Positions 7,718 to 18,858 are shown, counted from the first letter of the stretch. The stretch is DNA of 64,000 nucleotides from an uncultured Acidobacteriota bacterium (GCA_963785755.1 CAWAXG010000002.1:817128-881127); one strand, 5' to 3'. The notes: generated from the letters alone by a model not told the origin. Made by a program: numbers and translations.

Positions 7718-10362
7718 TTCAGCGTGGCCATCCAGATATCCGCCTGGCGCGAGCGGCGGAGCAGATACAGGGAACGCCCGTCGTGCGACACCGCGGCGAG
7801 CATGAAATCTTCTCCGGGTCGCGAGAAGATGTCTCGAACGGCGCCCGTCTGCGAGTCTGCGACGGAGAGCACACCCAGCGCCTTGGAGAAGATCATACGG
7901 CGGCTGTCCGGAAGCCAATACGGCTCGTACCTGGCGTCGGACAGTCTCTTGAAAGAACGCGACTCGAGCGAATACGTGACCACCGCGATCGGTTCGTTGC
8001 CTCTGGTTTCGACGCCGGCGAGCTGCCGCCCATCAGGTGCCCACGCCGTCGCACGCCAGACAGCGCCGGGGGGATTCGGCAATCGCTCCGGCGTCTGATC
8101 CTGCCAGGGTTTGCGCGAGTCGAACATCGACACGCCACGCTGCTCGACGACGTCGGTGAACACCATTTTCGAACCGTCAGGCGACCATAGCGGGTAGTGA
8201 GCGCCGCTCTGCCTGGTCAGCTGCGACAGGCCGCTGCCATCCACGTTGATCGTCCAGGCTTCCCAGCCGCCAGCTCGATTCGAATAGAACGCAATCCGCC
8301 GGCCATCCGGCGACCATTTTGGAAAGCGGTCGTTCGCGGCATCATTCGTGAGCTGACGCAGTCCGGTTCCATCCGCTCTTGCGACGAAGATGTCTTCCTG
8401 CGAACGGATTGAGATACAGCACGATCGACTGACCGTCTGGCGCGACATCGACTCCGCCCCAGCCCTGCGAACCGCTCGTCACCCATTGGGGCTCTGGCAG
8501 GACCTTCTCGCTCGCGGGATCCACGGTGAGCCGCTGAACGTTCTGTTCGAACTCGTTGGAGCAGTACGCGATGCGACTACCGTCGGCCGACACGCTGATG
8601 TGACCGACGAACCGGGAGGGCACGGTGAGGGGCTCCGGCTGCCCGAGCGGCCGCCCGGACCCTTCGTCGATCGGGACGCGCCAGAGATTCATGCTGCCGC
8701 CGCGGTTGCTCGCAAAAAAGAGAGACTTGCCGTCAGGCGCCCACACCGGATTCCAGTCCAGCGCCGCATCGTCGGTCACCAGGACCGCATCGCCGCCAGC
8801 CGCGGCTGATAGTGAGGATGTCCCGCTGCCGCTGCGGGCCGCGCGCCGCCCAGAACGCGATGCGCGATCCAGCGGGTGACCAGCTCGGCTGCACCGAGTC
8901 CTCGGTGGCGATCTGCCGCTTCTCCCCGCTGTCGACGTTCACGACCCAGAGCCCGCTGCGGGGACCCCGGCCGGCAGGGTTGAACAGCACGTTCTCGGTT
9001 GCGTAGACGACCTCCTTGCCGCTTGGCGACCATGCCGGGTTGTAGCCGCTGTCCGTCAACCGCCGCACCGACTCGCCCGTGCGCCCCATGACGAAGATGC
9101 CGCCGCCGTCGCGGTTGGACTGGAAGACGATTCGCTCGCCGTCCGGCGAGAAGGCAGGCTGCTGATCGTCGGCCGTCGCGTCCTTCGTCAGATTGATCGC
9201 TGTCTGGCCGCCGACGCTCTGGAGGTAGATGTCCGCGTTGCCCGAGGCGCCGCTCGTGTAGATGATCCACTTGCCGTCCGGCGACAGGCTTGGAAACTCC
9301 TCGGCGCCACTCTGGACCGTGAGCTGCGCGAACGTCGCCGACGTTGGTGCTGACGCTGGACTGCTGAAGCCAGGTCCGAAGCGGTACATCGCGAAGGCAG
9401 CGACAGCTGCGGCCGTCACCGCGGTGGCCGTGACGCCGAGCCACGGGAGACTGCTGCGCTTCGCGGCAGCCGAAGCCGCAATCGGGGCGCCGAGCGCGAG
9501 CTCGCCCGAATCCAGCGACTGCTTCAGCTCCTGAAGATCGTTCCTGATGTCCTTGGCGCTCTGATACCGCTCCTCCGGATCCTTCATCAGGCAGCGTCGG
9601 ATGATTCGCGCCAGATCGCGCGGCAGGGCGTGATTGATCTCCGTCACGTTCTGCGGCGTGTCCTTGAGGATCGATGACAGCACGGAGACGCTCGTGTCGC
9701 CTTTGAACGGCCGCTCTCCGGTCGCCATCTCGTAGCAGCACGATGCCGAGCGAGAAGATGTCGGATCGGTAATCAATCGGCCGCCCTTCCGCCTGTTCGG
9801 GGGACATGTACGCGACCGTCCCGATAATCCGTCCTTCTCCTGTGAGCGACTGGGTCGGAAGAACGGTTGCCGCCGACGACGAGGCCTGCTCTTCCTTCAG
9901 CTTGGCGAGGCCGAAATCCAGCACCTTGAGCCGACCGTCGTCGCCGACCATCACGTTCTGCGGTTTCAGATCGCGGTGGGTGATGCCCCGGTGATGCGCG
10001 GCGCTGACCGCGTCGGTCAGCGGAATCGCCAGCTTGAGCAGACGGTCGAGCGGCAGGCCGCCATGCGGAATCAGCATGGACAGCGGCTTGCCCTCGACGA
10101 TCTCCATCGTCAGGAAGTGCGTGGACCCGGAAAGCTCGACCGAGTAGATGGTGACGATGTTGGGGTGGTTGAGGGCGGCGACGGCCTGCGCCTCGCGCTC
10201 GAAGCGTTGGCGGCGTTCGTCATCCACGCCGAGCGGCGCCGACAGCACCTTGAGCGCGACCTGACGGTGCAGCTTCTGGTCCTCGGCGGCATAGACCTCG
10301 CCCATGCCGCCGCTGCCGAGCTCCCGTACGATGCGGTAATGGCCGAGGGTGGTGCCGATCAT
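7714..10362 (-). pseudogene. Ser/Thr protein kinase - TM - TolB-like beta-propeller protein, reading frame interrupted three times
   Basis: ORF pieces 8776..10488, 8733..9776, 8342..8779 and 7714..8448 read as one protein. Kinase core (GSGGMGEVY, HRDLKPQNVM, DFGLAK, TVAYMSPEQ), a TM-like LPWLGVTATAVTAAAVAAFAMY, then repeated (W)SPDG propeller blades. Frame changes near ~9755, ~8806 and ~8400. Confidence 0.8.
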
Positions 10363-10478
10363 CGGTGGGTGTCGGGATTCTAGCAGGCTGTCGAACAACA
10401 TCCAGCTGATGTTGCGTCCGGCCGAGGCCCCGGACGACAATGCGGCCGTTCGATCGCCAAAGGATCGAGGGGTCCAGC

Positions 10479-12365
10479 ATGAAGCCAATCATCACTGTTC
10501 TCGTAGGGCTGGCGTGGGGCGTGTTGGCGATGAAAGCACCCGCAACGCTGCCAGTGCGCGTCACCTTCACGGGTGAACGTTCGGAGCATGCCTGGACGCT
10601 CGGAGACCTGAATCGAGAGCTGCCCACCGACTGGACGCCGTACGACTTTCTCGTGCTCGAGTTCAAGGCGTCGTCGTCGCAGCGGTTCGAGCTCGGCATC
10701 GACACGGCGGCGGCCCGCATCACCAAGCGCATCGGACCGTTCGCGGGCGTGTGGGTCAGGGCGTCGATTCCGCTTCGCTTCTATCGTCAGCCTCCGGGCA
10801 GCGCGGTCGACATGGCTGCGACCTACAACCAGCCGCGCGGTTCGTACTGGATCAACCTCGGCGGGCGCGGCGGCCATGGTCCGACGACGGACGTGCGTGG
10901 GCTGAGCGCGATCATGGACTATCCGATCGGCAGTCCGACACTCGAGATCCGGTCCGTCACACTCGTCAAGACCGATCCTGGCGACGCCGTCCTCGAGGGA
11001 AAGCCGCTGATCGATCAGTTCGGCCAGTACGCGCACGCCGACTGGCCGGGCAAAGCGCGCTCGATCGGCGACCTGCGCAAAGCCTGGGAGACCGAAGATC
11101 GCGCGCTGAACAGCGAGCCGGCCACGGCCTGTCCGTACGGCGGGTTCCCGAACACTCGAGCCAAAGGGACGGGCTTCTTCCGCGTCGAGCAAATCGATGG
11201 GCGCTGGTGGTTCGTCGATCCGGACGGACACCTCTTCTTCTCGAGCGGTGTGAACGGTGTCGGCAACGCGGCCGCCACGCGCGTGCAGGGACGCGAGGAC
11301 CTGTTCGCCGCGATGCCCCCGAATCCCCTGCCGGGCGCCGCCGGCAACTTCTATGCGTGGAATCTGCAGCGCCGCTACGGCGCCGACTGGCGGCCGAAGT
11401 GGGCCGAGGCGACGCGGCAGCGGCTCAGCGCGTGGGGATTCAATTCCATTCACTACTGGGGAGCGCGGCAGCTGGAGGCCGCCGCCGAGCCGCGCGTTCC
11501 GTACGCGCAGATGCTCCGCGGCTGGCAGACGGGCCAGTCGATCATGGGCCTGCCCGATGTCTACTCGGATGATTTCGCGCGACGGGTCGAGGAGGCCGCC
11601 GCGAATCAGCTCGGGCCGCGCAAGGACGATCCCTGGATGCTCGGCTACTTCATCGGCAACGAGCCGCCGTGGCCGGGCCGGGAGAGCCAGCTCGTCGATC
11701 TGATTCTCGCCGGACCTCCGGGCGAGATGCAGAAGCGCCTGAAGGATCATCTCGCCGGCGGCGACACGCCCGAGCGACGGACCGCCTTCGTGCACGGCGC
11801 CTTCGAGCGCTACCTTCAGGTCATCAACGCCGCCGTCCGCAAGCACGCGCCGAACCATCTCAACCTCGGCATCCGGTTCGGCGGCAGCCCGCACGACGAT
11901 CTGATCAAGCTGACGCGCGGCTTCGACGTGTTCAGCATCAACATCTACCGCTATGCGCCGCCGCGCGCGACGCTCGATCGCGCCCACGAGCTCACCGGCC
12001 GGCCGATGCTGATCGGCGAGTTCCACATCGGCGTGAACGATCGCGGCCTCTCGTCCGGCCTCGTGCAGGCCATGAATCAGGCCGAACGCGGCGTCGCGTA
12101 TCGTTACTACGTCGAGCAGAGCGCCGCGCATCCCGCAATGGTCGGCACGCATTGGTTCCAGTGGCTCGATCAGCCGGTGACCGGCCGCAGCGACGGCGAG
12201 AACTACAACATCGGCTTCATCGACGCCACCGACCGGCCCTACGCCGAGCTCGCCGCGGCCGCCAGAGAGACGCACGCGCGCCTGCTCGAGGTCCACGGCG
12301 GGAAGGTCGCGCCGTTCGATCGAATGCCGAAGGCGTCCGAGGCGGGCACGCCGCGGCCGCGGTGA
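10479..12365 (+). CDS. secreted glycoside-hydrolase-like protein (clan GH-A TIM-barrel look; family not assigned)
   Basis: ORF 10440..12365. ATG 10479 gives signal-like MKPIITVLVGLAWGVLAMKAPA. Motifs GYFIGNEPPW (acid/base NEP) and MLIGEFHIG (candidate nucleophile Glu). Confidence 0.6.
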   Translation: MKPIITVLVGLAWGVLAMKAPATLPVRVTFTGERSEHAWTLGDLNRELPTDWTPYDFLVLEFKASSSQRFELGIDTAAARITKRIGPFAGVWVRASIPLRFYRQPPGSAVDMAATYNQPRGSYWINLGGRGGHGPTTDVRGLSAIMDYPIGSPTLEIRSVTLVKTDPGDAVLEGKPLIDQFGQYAHADWPGKARSIGDLRKAWETEDRALNSEPATACPYGGFPNTRAKGTGFFRVEQIDGRWWFVDPDGHLFFSSGVNGVGNAAATRVQGREDLFAAMPPNPLPGAAGNFYAWNLQRRYGADWRPKWAEATRQRLSAWGFNSIHYWGARQLEAAAEPRVPYAQMLRGWQTGQSIMGLPDVYSDDFARRVEEAAANQLGPRKDDPWMLGYFIGNEPPWPGRESQLVDLILAGPPGEMQKRLKDHLAGGDTPERRTAFVHGAFERYLQVINAAVRKHAPNHLNLGIRFGGSPHDDLIKLTRGFDVFSINIYRYAPPRATLDRAHELTGRPMLIGEFHIGVNDRGLSSGLVQAMNQAERGVAYRYYVEQSAAHPAMVGTHWFQWLDQPVTGRSDGENYNIGFIDATDRPYAELAAAARETHARLLEVHGGKVAPFDRMPKASEAGTPRPR

Positions 12366-12430
12366 GTCGGTGCTGAAAACGCGGCAGTGACGGCCCAACT
12401 CCTCCGGCGCACGGGATTCAGGCGCGCTAC

Positions 12431-12556
12431 GGCGAGGCTCGCAGAGCTTCGGCTGCGACCGAGCCGACGAGCGGCGGCGGGCAACTCCAAGGAGCACAGA
12501 ATCCATCGACCGAGAGTGTTTTGGGAGTTGGAAGTTGGAGGTTGGAGGTTGACAGA
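12431..12556 (+). repeat. Type IV intergenic element, copy 1
   Basis: GGCTCGCAGAGCTTCGGCTGCGACCGAGCCGACGAGCGGCGGCGGGCAACTCC ... GTGTTTTGGGAGTTGGAAGTTGGAGGTTGGAGGTTGACAG. It aligns with the reverse complement of 61951-62060. Contains a C(TTCG)G tetraloop hairpin and a CAACTCC/GGGAGTTG inverted pair. Confidence 0.75.
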
Positions 12557-12645
12557 TTCCCTGGACCGTTCGCGTGCGCCCTATCGTGCCTCTTTCTTTG
12601 GATTGGGACTGCCGCCGTGGTCGGCGCCGGTCGCGATCCGCGGTT

Positions 12646-13830
12646 ATGCTGATGGGCGTGCGTGCAGCTCACGATCAGTCGCGGCGTCTGGCCGCGGTAC
12701 AACCACCGGTCATCCCCATCGTCGGCCGCTGGACGGCGGAAACGCCCGGCACGATTTCACTCGGGCAGGGCATCGTGTCGTACGGCCCTCCCCCGGACGT
12801 GCTCGAGGCGGTCCGGTGTTTCGGCACCACGCTCGCCGAGCACCGCTACGGACCGGTCGAGGGCGTTCCCGATCTGCTCCGGGCACTCGAAGCGAAACTC
12901 GCGACCGAGAACGGCATCGTCGTCCGCCCGGCGAGCCGGCTGCTCGTGACGGCCGGAGGCAACCAGGCCTTCGTGAACGCGGTCCTGGCCGTCACCGATC
13001 CGGGCGACGAGGTGATCCTGCCGGCGCCGTACTACTTCAACCACGAGATGGCGGTGGTGATCGCCGGCGCGGTACCGATCGGCGCGCCGACCGGCACGGA
13101 CTATCAGCTCGACGTGCAGAGGATCGCGGACGCGATCACGCCACGGACCCGCGCCATCGTCACCGTCTCGCCGAACAATCCAACCGGCGCCGTCTACCCC
13201 GAGGCGGTGCTGCGCACGGTGAATGCACTCTGCCGCGATCGCGGACTGTTCCACATCCACGACGAGGCCTACGAGTACTTCACCTACGAGTCCGTGGGTC
13301 ATTTTTCACCAGGGTCGATCCCGGGCGCTGCCGGCCACACGATCTCGCTCTATTCGTTGTCGAAGGCGTACGGCATGGCAAGCTGGCGCGTCGGCTACAT
13401 GGTGATTCCGGAACGGCTGGCCGACGCGATCAACAAGATCCAGGACACGCTGCTCATCTGCCCTCCGGCCGTGTCGCAGCGCGCCGCGCTCGCGGCGCTG
13501 CTGGTCGGCCGCGACTATCCGGGTCAGTATCTCGAGCGCCTTGACCGGATGCGGCGCGCCATCTTCGAAGCCCTGAGCGATCCGGCCGTTCCCTGCGACG
13601 TCCCCTCGGTGACCGGCGCCTTCTACTATCTGGTCCGCGTGCACTCGACGATGGATTCGATGACGCTGGTCGAACGGTTGATTCGACAGCATCGCGTCGC
13701 GACGATTCCAGGATCGGCGTTCGCCGACCCGGCCCCCTGCTCGATTCGGATTTCCTATGGCGCGCTCGAGCCCGATGCGATCGCCGAGGGTCTCGAGCGG
13801 CTGGTCGGGGGGTTGCGGGCGCTGGCGTGA
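12646..13830 (+). CDS. PLP-dependent aminotransferase, class I/II
   Basis: ORF 12574..13830; ATG 12646. Motifs VSPNNPTG and SLSKAYGMASWRVGY (PLP-lysine motif). Confidence 0.85.
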   Translation: MLMGVRAAHDQSRRLAAVQPPVIPIVGRWTAETPGTISLGQGIVSYGPPPDVLEAVRCFGTTLAEHRYGPVEGVPDLLRALEAKLATENGIVVRPASRLLVTAGGNQAFVNAVLAVTDPGDEVILPAPYYFNHEMAVVIAGAVPIGAPTGTDYQLDVQRIADAITPRTRAIVTVSPNNPTGAVYPEAVLRTVNALCRDRGLFHIHDEAYEYFTYESVGHFSPGSIPGAAGHTISLYSLSKAYGMASWRVGYMVIPERLADAINKIQDTLLICPPAVSQRAALAALLVGRDYPGQYLERLDRMRRAIFEALSDPAVPCDVPSVTGAFYYLVRVHSTMDSMTLVERLIRQHRVATIPGSAFADPAPCSIRISYGALEPDAIAEGLERLVGGLRALA

Positions 13831-13870
13831 CTCGCGATTCGCATCAACTCCCAGAAGAGTTCGTGCTGGA

Positions 13871-15022
13871 CTAGAAGCTCTTGAGCCATTTCGACATCTC
13901 TTTCACCGTGCTCTCGGCGCTTTTGTGCAGGGGGAAGTCGTGCGAGGTGTCCTCTATGACGTAGACCGACAACTTACACTTGCAGTTTGCTCTCCAATGC
14001 GCGATCTCCGGCGTCATGACGTCCACGTCCTCGCCGCCCAAGCCGCCCCACGCCGGGCCAGGCACCATGTTGTCCTGCCTTCCGAACATGAAGAGCACGG
14101 GAATAGCCCCAACTTTGCTTATGTTCGCGGTGATCTCTTTTGTCATCGGCTGCACCCCGATGAGCTCCCCAACGGGTATCCGATTGTGAAGGCCGTTGGC
14201 GCAAGCCTGCGTGAGAATGTCCGGATCCACGCCTGGCACATGGTAGACGGCCTGTTCACAGTACTTCGAGTAATTGTTTTTTTCTGGTGGGAAAAAGTAG
14301 ATGTAGTCAGCGCCCGCGTTTAGTTGCGGAGTCACCACCTCATTGAGCATCTTGACAAACATCGAAGCCGACGCGCCGGGCAACATTTGGTTGCTCCAGC
14401 CGAAGGGCATGAGCCCATCGATATCCTGATGACGCGTCGCGTATAGCTCGATTAGGGCAGCTCCGAAGCTCTGACCGCCAAGAACAACCCCTGCCGCTCC
14501 CTGTGGAGGCACGGGCCCGTCGAGCACTTCATAGGAGCCCTTGCGAATCTGCGCGACAATCTCGTGGATGGTCTCAACATTGGTGTCTGGCGTCACCTTG
14601 AAACCGGAGCCAGGGCCGCGATCGTAAGGGCTCTCGCCGTAACCGAGTCGATCGACAGTGAAGACGGCCGTATCGCTCTGACGGGCGAGCTCGGCCGCGA
14701 ACCGAAGAGCGCCTGGAATCTTGAAGCCGTCCCAAAAGCGCCGATCGAGCGTACCGCCGTGAAGAAGGAGAACGGCTCCGTGCTTGTGGGGATCGAATCT
14801 CTGTGTGTAGAAAACAGTGCCTCGCACTCTTGCAGGAACCGGATCACCCGGCTTGTGTACGGTGAACGCCACTTCCGTTTCGCTGATATGCATCGAGGAC
14901 TCCCCCGGTCGACTGGGTTCGATCGGCTTGGGCGCTGAAGCGCATCCTTCAACCAGCACGAGCGAGAGCAGCGTAATCAAGACCAGCACGAGGCGTGGAG
15001 GTGCCACTATCATTCGAATCAT
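13871..15022 (-). CDS. secreted alpha/beta-hydrolase lipoprotein
   Basis: 383 aa. Lipoprotein-type signal (LLSLVLVEGCAS), LLLHGG, nucleophile elbow GGQSFG. G+C is visibly lower than in the neighbours. Confidence 0.7.
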   Translation of the reverse strand: MIRMIVAPPRLVLVLITLLSLVLVEGCASAPKPIEPSRPGESSMHISETEVAFTVHKPGDPVPARVRGTVFYTQRFDPHKHGAVLLLHGGTLDRRFWDGFKIPGALRFAAELARQSDTAVFTVDRLGYGESPYDRGPGSGFKVTPDTNVETIHEIVAQIRKGSYEVLDGPVPPQGAAGVVLGGQSFGAALIELYATRHQDIDGLMPFGWSNQMLPGASASMFVKMLNEVVTPQLNAGADYIYFFPPEKNNYSKYCEQAVYHVPGVDPDILTQACANGLHNRIPVGELIGVQPMTKEITANISKVGAIPVLFMFGRQDNMVPGPAWGGLGGEDVDVMTPEIAHWRANCKCKLSVYVIEDTSHDFPLHKSAESTVKEMSKWLKSF

Positions 15023-15103
15023 CTCGGTCCTCCAGGATAAGTCAGGCGACCAGGCGCCTGGAAGTTGACCTCGCTCCAGCGACGGTGATCTGCGCTGAAC
15101 GGC

Positions 15104-15948
15104 TCAGACCGGCACGGGCATGGGGTGGCGCGCAAGGAACGGCGCCATGGCCTCGGCGACGCCGCGGGGGTCCCTCTCCTCGAGCGCGTGGTTCGCGCCG
15201 GCGAGCACGAACGGCTCGGTCTGCGGCAGCCACTCACGCAGCCGATCCTGAACCTCGTTCCAGCCGGGCCAAATCGAGGCGCTCTCGGCGCCCAAGCACG
15301 CCGAGGACCGGCTGGGTGATCCGCCGGGCGTCCTCCCGCGTGAAACGCCACTCCTGCAGGACGGAAGCTCGACGCCGAAGAAGGTGTCGGCGTCGGCGAC
15401 CAACTGCTGGAACGCGCCCGGGATCAGCCGATCGAGCCAGCTCGGTAGTCCGGCCCGATCGCCCAGCGAAGGAAGCTGTCGGCCGCACCCTCCTTCTTGC
15501 CGGCGCCGTGACCGCTCCAGCATCGGCTCCGAACGCCTGGACGAGCAGGGCTCCGCTTGGGACGTCGAGCAGCGCCGGCTCGAGCAGGATGAGCGAGTGG
15601 ACGACCTCGGGCGCGTCGAGCGCCAGCTGCAGGGCGATGACGCCGCCGCCGGAGTGGCCGACGACGTGGGCGCGCTCGATGCCGAGGTGCTCGCAATAGC
15701 GCGCGGCAGTCGGCGGCCTGCTGGCCGATACTGAACGGCGCTCTGACCGGGCTGCTCCCGGCGTAGCCTCGCCGGTGGTAGCGCACCAGCTGGTATCGGC
15801 TGTTCAGCGCCGGCTCGCGGCAGAGCGGCGCGTAGGCCTCGGCGATTAAGGCACCGTGGATCAGCACCACCGGTTCGCCGGTGCCCGTGATTTCGAACTC
15901 GAGCTCCGCTCCGTCGACGCGCGCCCGCCGCATGGGTTTGCTGCTCAT
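15104..15948 (-). pseudogene. alpha/beta hydrolase, heavily frame-disrupted
   Basis: Recognisable pieces occur in all three minus frames: VVLIHGALIAEAYAPL (15424..15948), unlisted-frame HVVGHSGGGVIALQLALDAPE, LQEWRFTREDARRITQPVLGVLG (15234..15488), WLPQTEPFVLAGANHALEERDP (15104..15523). At least 4-5 frame changes in ~850 nt. Confidence 0.65.
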
Positions 15949-16143
15949 TGCTGCCGTCCTTTCCGGATGAATTTCCGTTTCGCTATCGTTGGTCGCCGAG
16001 AATCTTGGCCTTTCGCCGCGGTCCGGTGGAAGTGACCGCGAGGTGACATCGAGGTGAAAACGAGCCCGACGCCCCGGGTGTCTGGTGGCGTGAAGTGCTG
16101 GAGGAGGCTATAGTTTGAGCCTTCTGACACGACTGGAGGCGAG

Positions 16144-18858
16144 TTGACCAGCGGTCCCCGCGTAGACGACGAGGCCCTCATCGCCGAGGAGCCCGTGTGG
16201 ACCCCACGAAGCTCGGCCGTTCAAGCGCAACTCGCGCGCGTGCTACGGAGCCGGACGTTCGTCCAGGCGACCGCGCTCAGCCGACTGCTGCGGCATGTGG
16301 TGCAGCGCACACTCGAGGGGCGGCGGGACGAGTTGAAGGAGTACGCGCTGGGCGTCGACGTGTTCAATCGCGGCGCCGACTTCGACCCGCGAACCGACAC
16401 GATCGTGCGCGTGCAGGCGCGGCGTCTGCGCGCCAAGCTGCAGGAGTACTACGAGACCGAGGGCCGGGCCGATCCGCTCGTGATCGCGCTGCCCCGCGGC
16501 GGGTACGTGCCGGAATTTCTCGCGCCCGAGCGCCGCATGCCGCTGCCCGCCCCCGCAGCAGGGGCCCTGAGGCTGCTTCACGAGCCGCTGCAACTCGATC
16601 CGATCGACAGCCGCGGCGCCGGCGCATTCTCGCTGCCGGCGCCACGAACCTCGCTGATCGGCCGCGCCCGCGAGTTGAAGGCGATCGAGGCGCTGCTGCG
16701 GCGTCCAGAAGTGCGGCTGATCACGCTCACCGGCGCCGGCGGCAGCGGCAAGACGCGGCTCGCCCAGGAGGCGGCCGCTCGCGCCGTGACCGACTGCCCG
16801 GGTGGGGTCGCCTTCATCAGCCTGGCTTCGCTGAACAGTGCCGACGCGGTGGCTTCGACGCTCGCGCAGGTCCTCGGGCTTCGGCAGACGGACGGCCGCT
16901 CGCTTGCCGAAGCGTTGCCGGCGCACGTGCAGCAGTCGATTCGCGAACCGATGTTGCTCGCCCTCGACAACTTCGAGCACCTGCTCGACGCGGCGCCGCT
17001 GCTGGTCAGCCTGCTCGATGCCTGCGCCCCGCTGAACATCCTCGTCACCAGCCGCTTCCGGCTGCGGCTGTACGGCGAACACGATTACCCGGTCCCGCCG
17101 CTCACGCTGCCCGAGAGTTCGCAGCTGTCGGATCTCGCGGCGCTCGGCGAGAATCCGGCGGTCGCGCTGTTCGTCGAGCGGGCGACCGCGGCGGATCCCG
17201 CGTTCGAGCTGACCGCCGCGAACGCAGCCGATGTCGCGCGGATCTGCCGCCGCGTGGACGGGTTGCCGCTCGCCATCGAGCTCGCGGCGGCGGGCATCAA
17301 GCTGCTGACCCCGGAAGCGATTCTGGCACGTCTGCACAACCCGCTCGACACACTGAGCAGCAGTAGCCGCGACGTACCGGCCCGCCAGCAGACGCTTCGC
17401 AAGACACTCGACTGGAGCTTCAGCCTGCTCGACGCCGCCGAGCAGCAGCTGTTCCGCCGTTTCTCAGTATTCGCCGGCGGCTGCACGCTCGAAGGCGCCG
17501 GGGCGGTGTGCAACGCACGCCGCGACCTGCAGCTGGACGTCGCCGCGGGTATGGCCTCGCTCCTGGACAAGAGTCTCGTGCAACGCGCCGGAGGGACCCA
17601 GGCCGAGCCCCGCTTCGCGATGATCGAAACGGTGCGCGAGTACGCGCTCGAGCTGCTGACCCAGAGCGAGGACGGCCCGCTCACGCGTCGCGCGCATGCC
17701 GCCTACTGCCTGGTGTTGGCCGAGGAGGGGACGGTCCCGCTGACTGAATCGCAGCGCGACGAGTGGTTCACGCGATGCGACGCCGAGCACGCGAACTTCC
17801 GAGCGGCGCTCGACTTCGTGATTCGCACGGGCGACGCGGAATGGGCGCATCGCCTCGGCGCCGCGCTCTACGTGTTTTGGGAGCGGCGGGACCATCTCGC
17901 CGAGGGCCGCGCCTGGCTCGAAGCCGTCCTCGCGACAGGGAGCGACGAGGCGCGCCGGACCGGCCGGTGGGCGAAAGCCTCCTGCTTCGCAGGCGGTCTG
18001 TGCTCGCTGCAGGGCGACTTCGACGCCTCGGACGACTTCAGCCGCGCCGCTCTCGAGGTGTACCGTCGAGTGGGCGACCAGCGGGGCGTCATCACCATAC
18101 TCACCGCCCTCGGCCTCAACGAGCGGATGCGCGGCAGCTATGCCTCTTCCCGCGCGTGGTTCGAGCAGTGCCTGGACACGTGCCGGCAGATCCGGGACGA
18201 GCTGGCCACGGCCGCCGCCCTGACGAACCTCGCGAGCGCAGTGAGCAAGCTGGGGGAGCACGACCTGGCGCGCGGACTGCTCGAAGAAGCGCTCGAGGGA
18301 TTCCGGGCGACCGGGAGCCACAACAACGTCGCGTGGGTGCTGAACAGCCTGGGCGACGTCGCCCGCGACCGGAAGGAGCACGCCGAAGCGCTGCGGCTCT
18401 ACCGGGAGGCGCTCGAGGGCTTCCGCCGGGTCGGGGATCGCTGGGGCAAGGCGCGCGCGTGCGCCGACCTCGGCGAGCTCGCGTGCGGCACACAGGATTT
18501 TGCCGCGGCGCGCGCGTGGCTGGAGGAGTCGCTGGCGCTCTTCACGGCCCTGCGGCATCGGCGCGGCATTCTGAACGTGCTCGAAAGTTTCGCGGGGCTC
18601 GCCGCGGCCGAGGGCCACACCGAGCGAGCGCTGACCCTGGCCGGAGCGGTGGGCGCGCTTCGTGCCGCCCTGAAGTTTCCGGCGCGGCCGCACGCGGAAG
18701 CCACCTTCCGGCAGTCGATCGAGTCCGCCTGGCGCGCGCACGACCCCGCAGCGGCCGAGTGCCTCCGAGCGGGCGGCGCCCGGCTGAACCTCGAGCAGGC
18801 TGCCGCCCTCGCGCTCGGCGCCGACCTGCCGCCCGCGGAATCAGCTACGCGAAATTGA
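16144..18858 (+). CDS. signal-transduction ATPase: N-terminal winged-helix-like module + STAND/NB-ARC-like NTPase + TPR repeats
   Basis: 904 aa, TTG start 16144. N-terminus KEYALGVDVFNRGADFDPRTDTIVRVQARRLRAKLQEYYETEGRADPLVIALPRGGYVPEF, Walker A LTGAGGSGKTRLA, and a C-terminal ~350 aa of TPR-like repeats. No frame disruption. Confidence 0.8.
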   Translation: MTSGPRVDDEALIAEEPVWTPRSSAVQAQLARVLRSRTFVQATALSRLLRHVVQRTLEGRRDELKEYALGVDVFNRGADFDPRTDTIVRVQARRLRAKLQEYYETEGRADPLVIALPRGGYVPEFLAPERRMPLPAPAAGALRLLHEPLQLDPIDSRGAGAFSLPAPRTSLIGRARELKAIEALLRRPEVRLITLTGAGGSGKTRLAQEAAARAVTDCPGGVAFISLASLNSADAVASTLAQVLGLRQTDGRSLAEALPAHVQQSIREPMLLALDNFEHLLDAAPLLVSLLDACAPLNILVTSRFRLRLYGEHDYPVPPLTLPESSQLSDLAALGENPAVALFVERATAADPAFELTAANAADVARICRRVDGLPLAIELAAAGIKLLTPEAILARLHNPLDTLSSSSRDVPARQQTLRKTLDWSFSLLDAAEQQLFRRFSVFAGGCTLEGAGAVCNARRDLQLDVAAGMASLLDKSLVQRAGGTQAEPRFAMIETVREYALELLTQSEDGPLTRRAHAAYCLVLAEEGTVPLTESQRDEWFTRCDAEHANFRAALDFVIRTGDAEWAHRLGAALYVFWERRDHLAEGRAWLEAVLATGSDEARRTGRWAKASCFAGGLCSLQGDFDASDDFSRAALEVYRRVGDQRGVITILTALGLNERMRGSYASSRAWFEQCLDTCRQIRDELATAAALTNLASAVSKLGEHDLARGLLEEALEGFRATGSHNNVAWVLNSLGDVARDRKEHAEALRLYREALEGFRRVGDRWGKARACADLGELACGTQDFAAARAWLEESLALFTALRHRRGILNVLESFAGLAAAEGHTERALTLAGAVGALRAALKFPARPHAEATFRQSIESAWRAHDPAAAECLRAGGARLNLEQAAALALGADLPPAESATRN

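Noticed and set aside
7714-10362. Programmed ribosomal frameshifting as an explanation for the multi-frame genes.
   Set aside because: There are too many events (about 25) in unrelated genes and in both +1 and -1 directions. I saw no slippery heptamers or downstream pseudoknot-like context at the sites I inspected.
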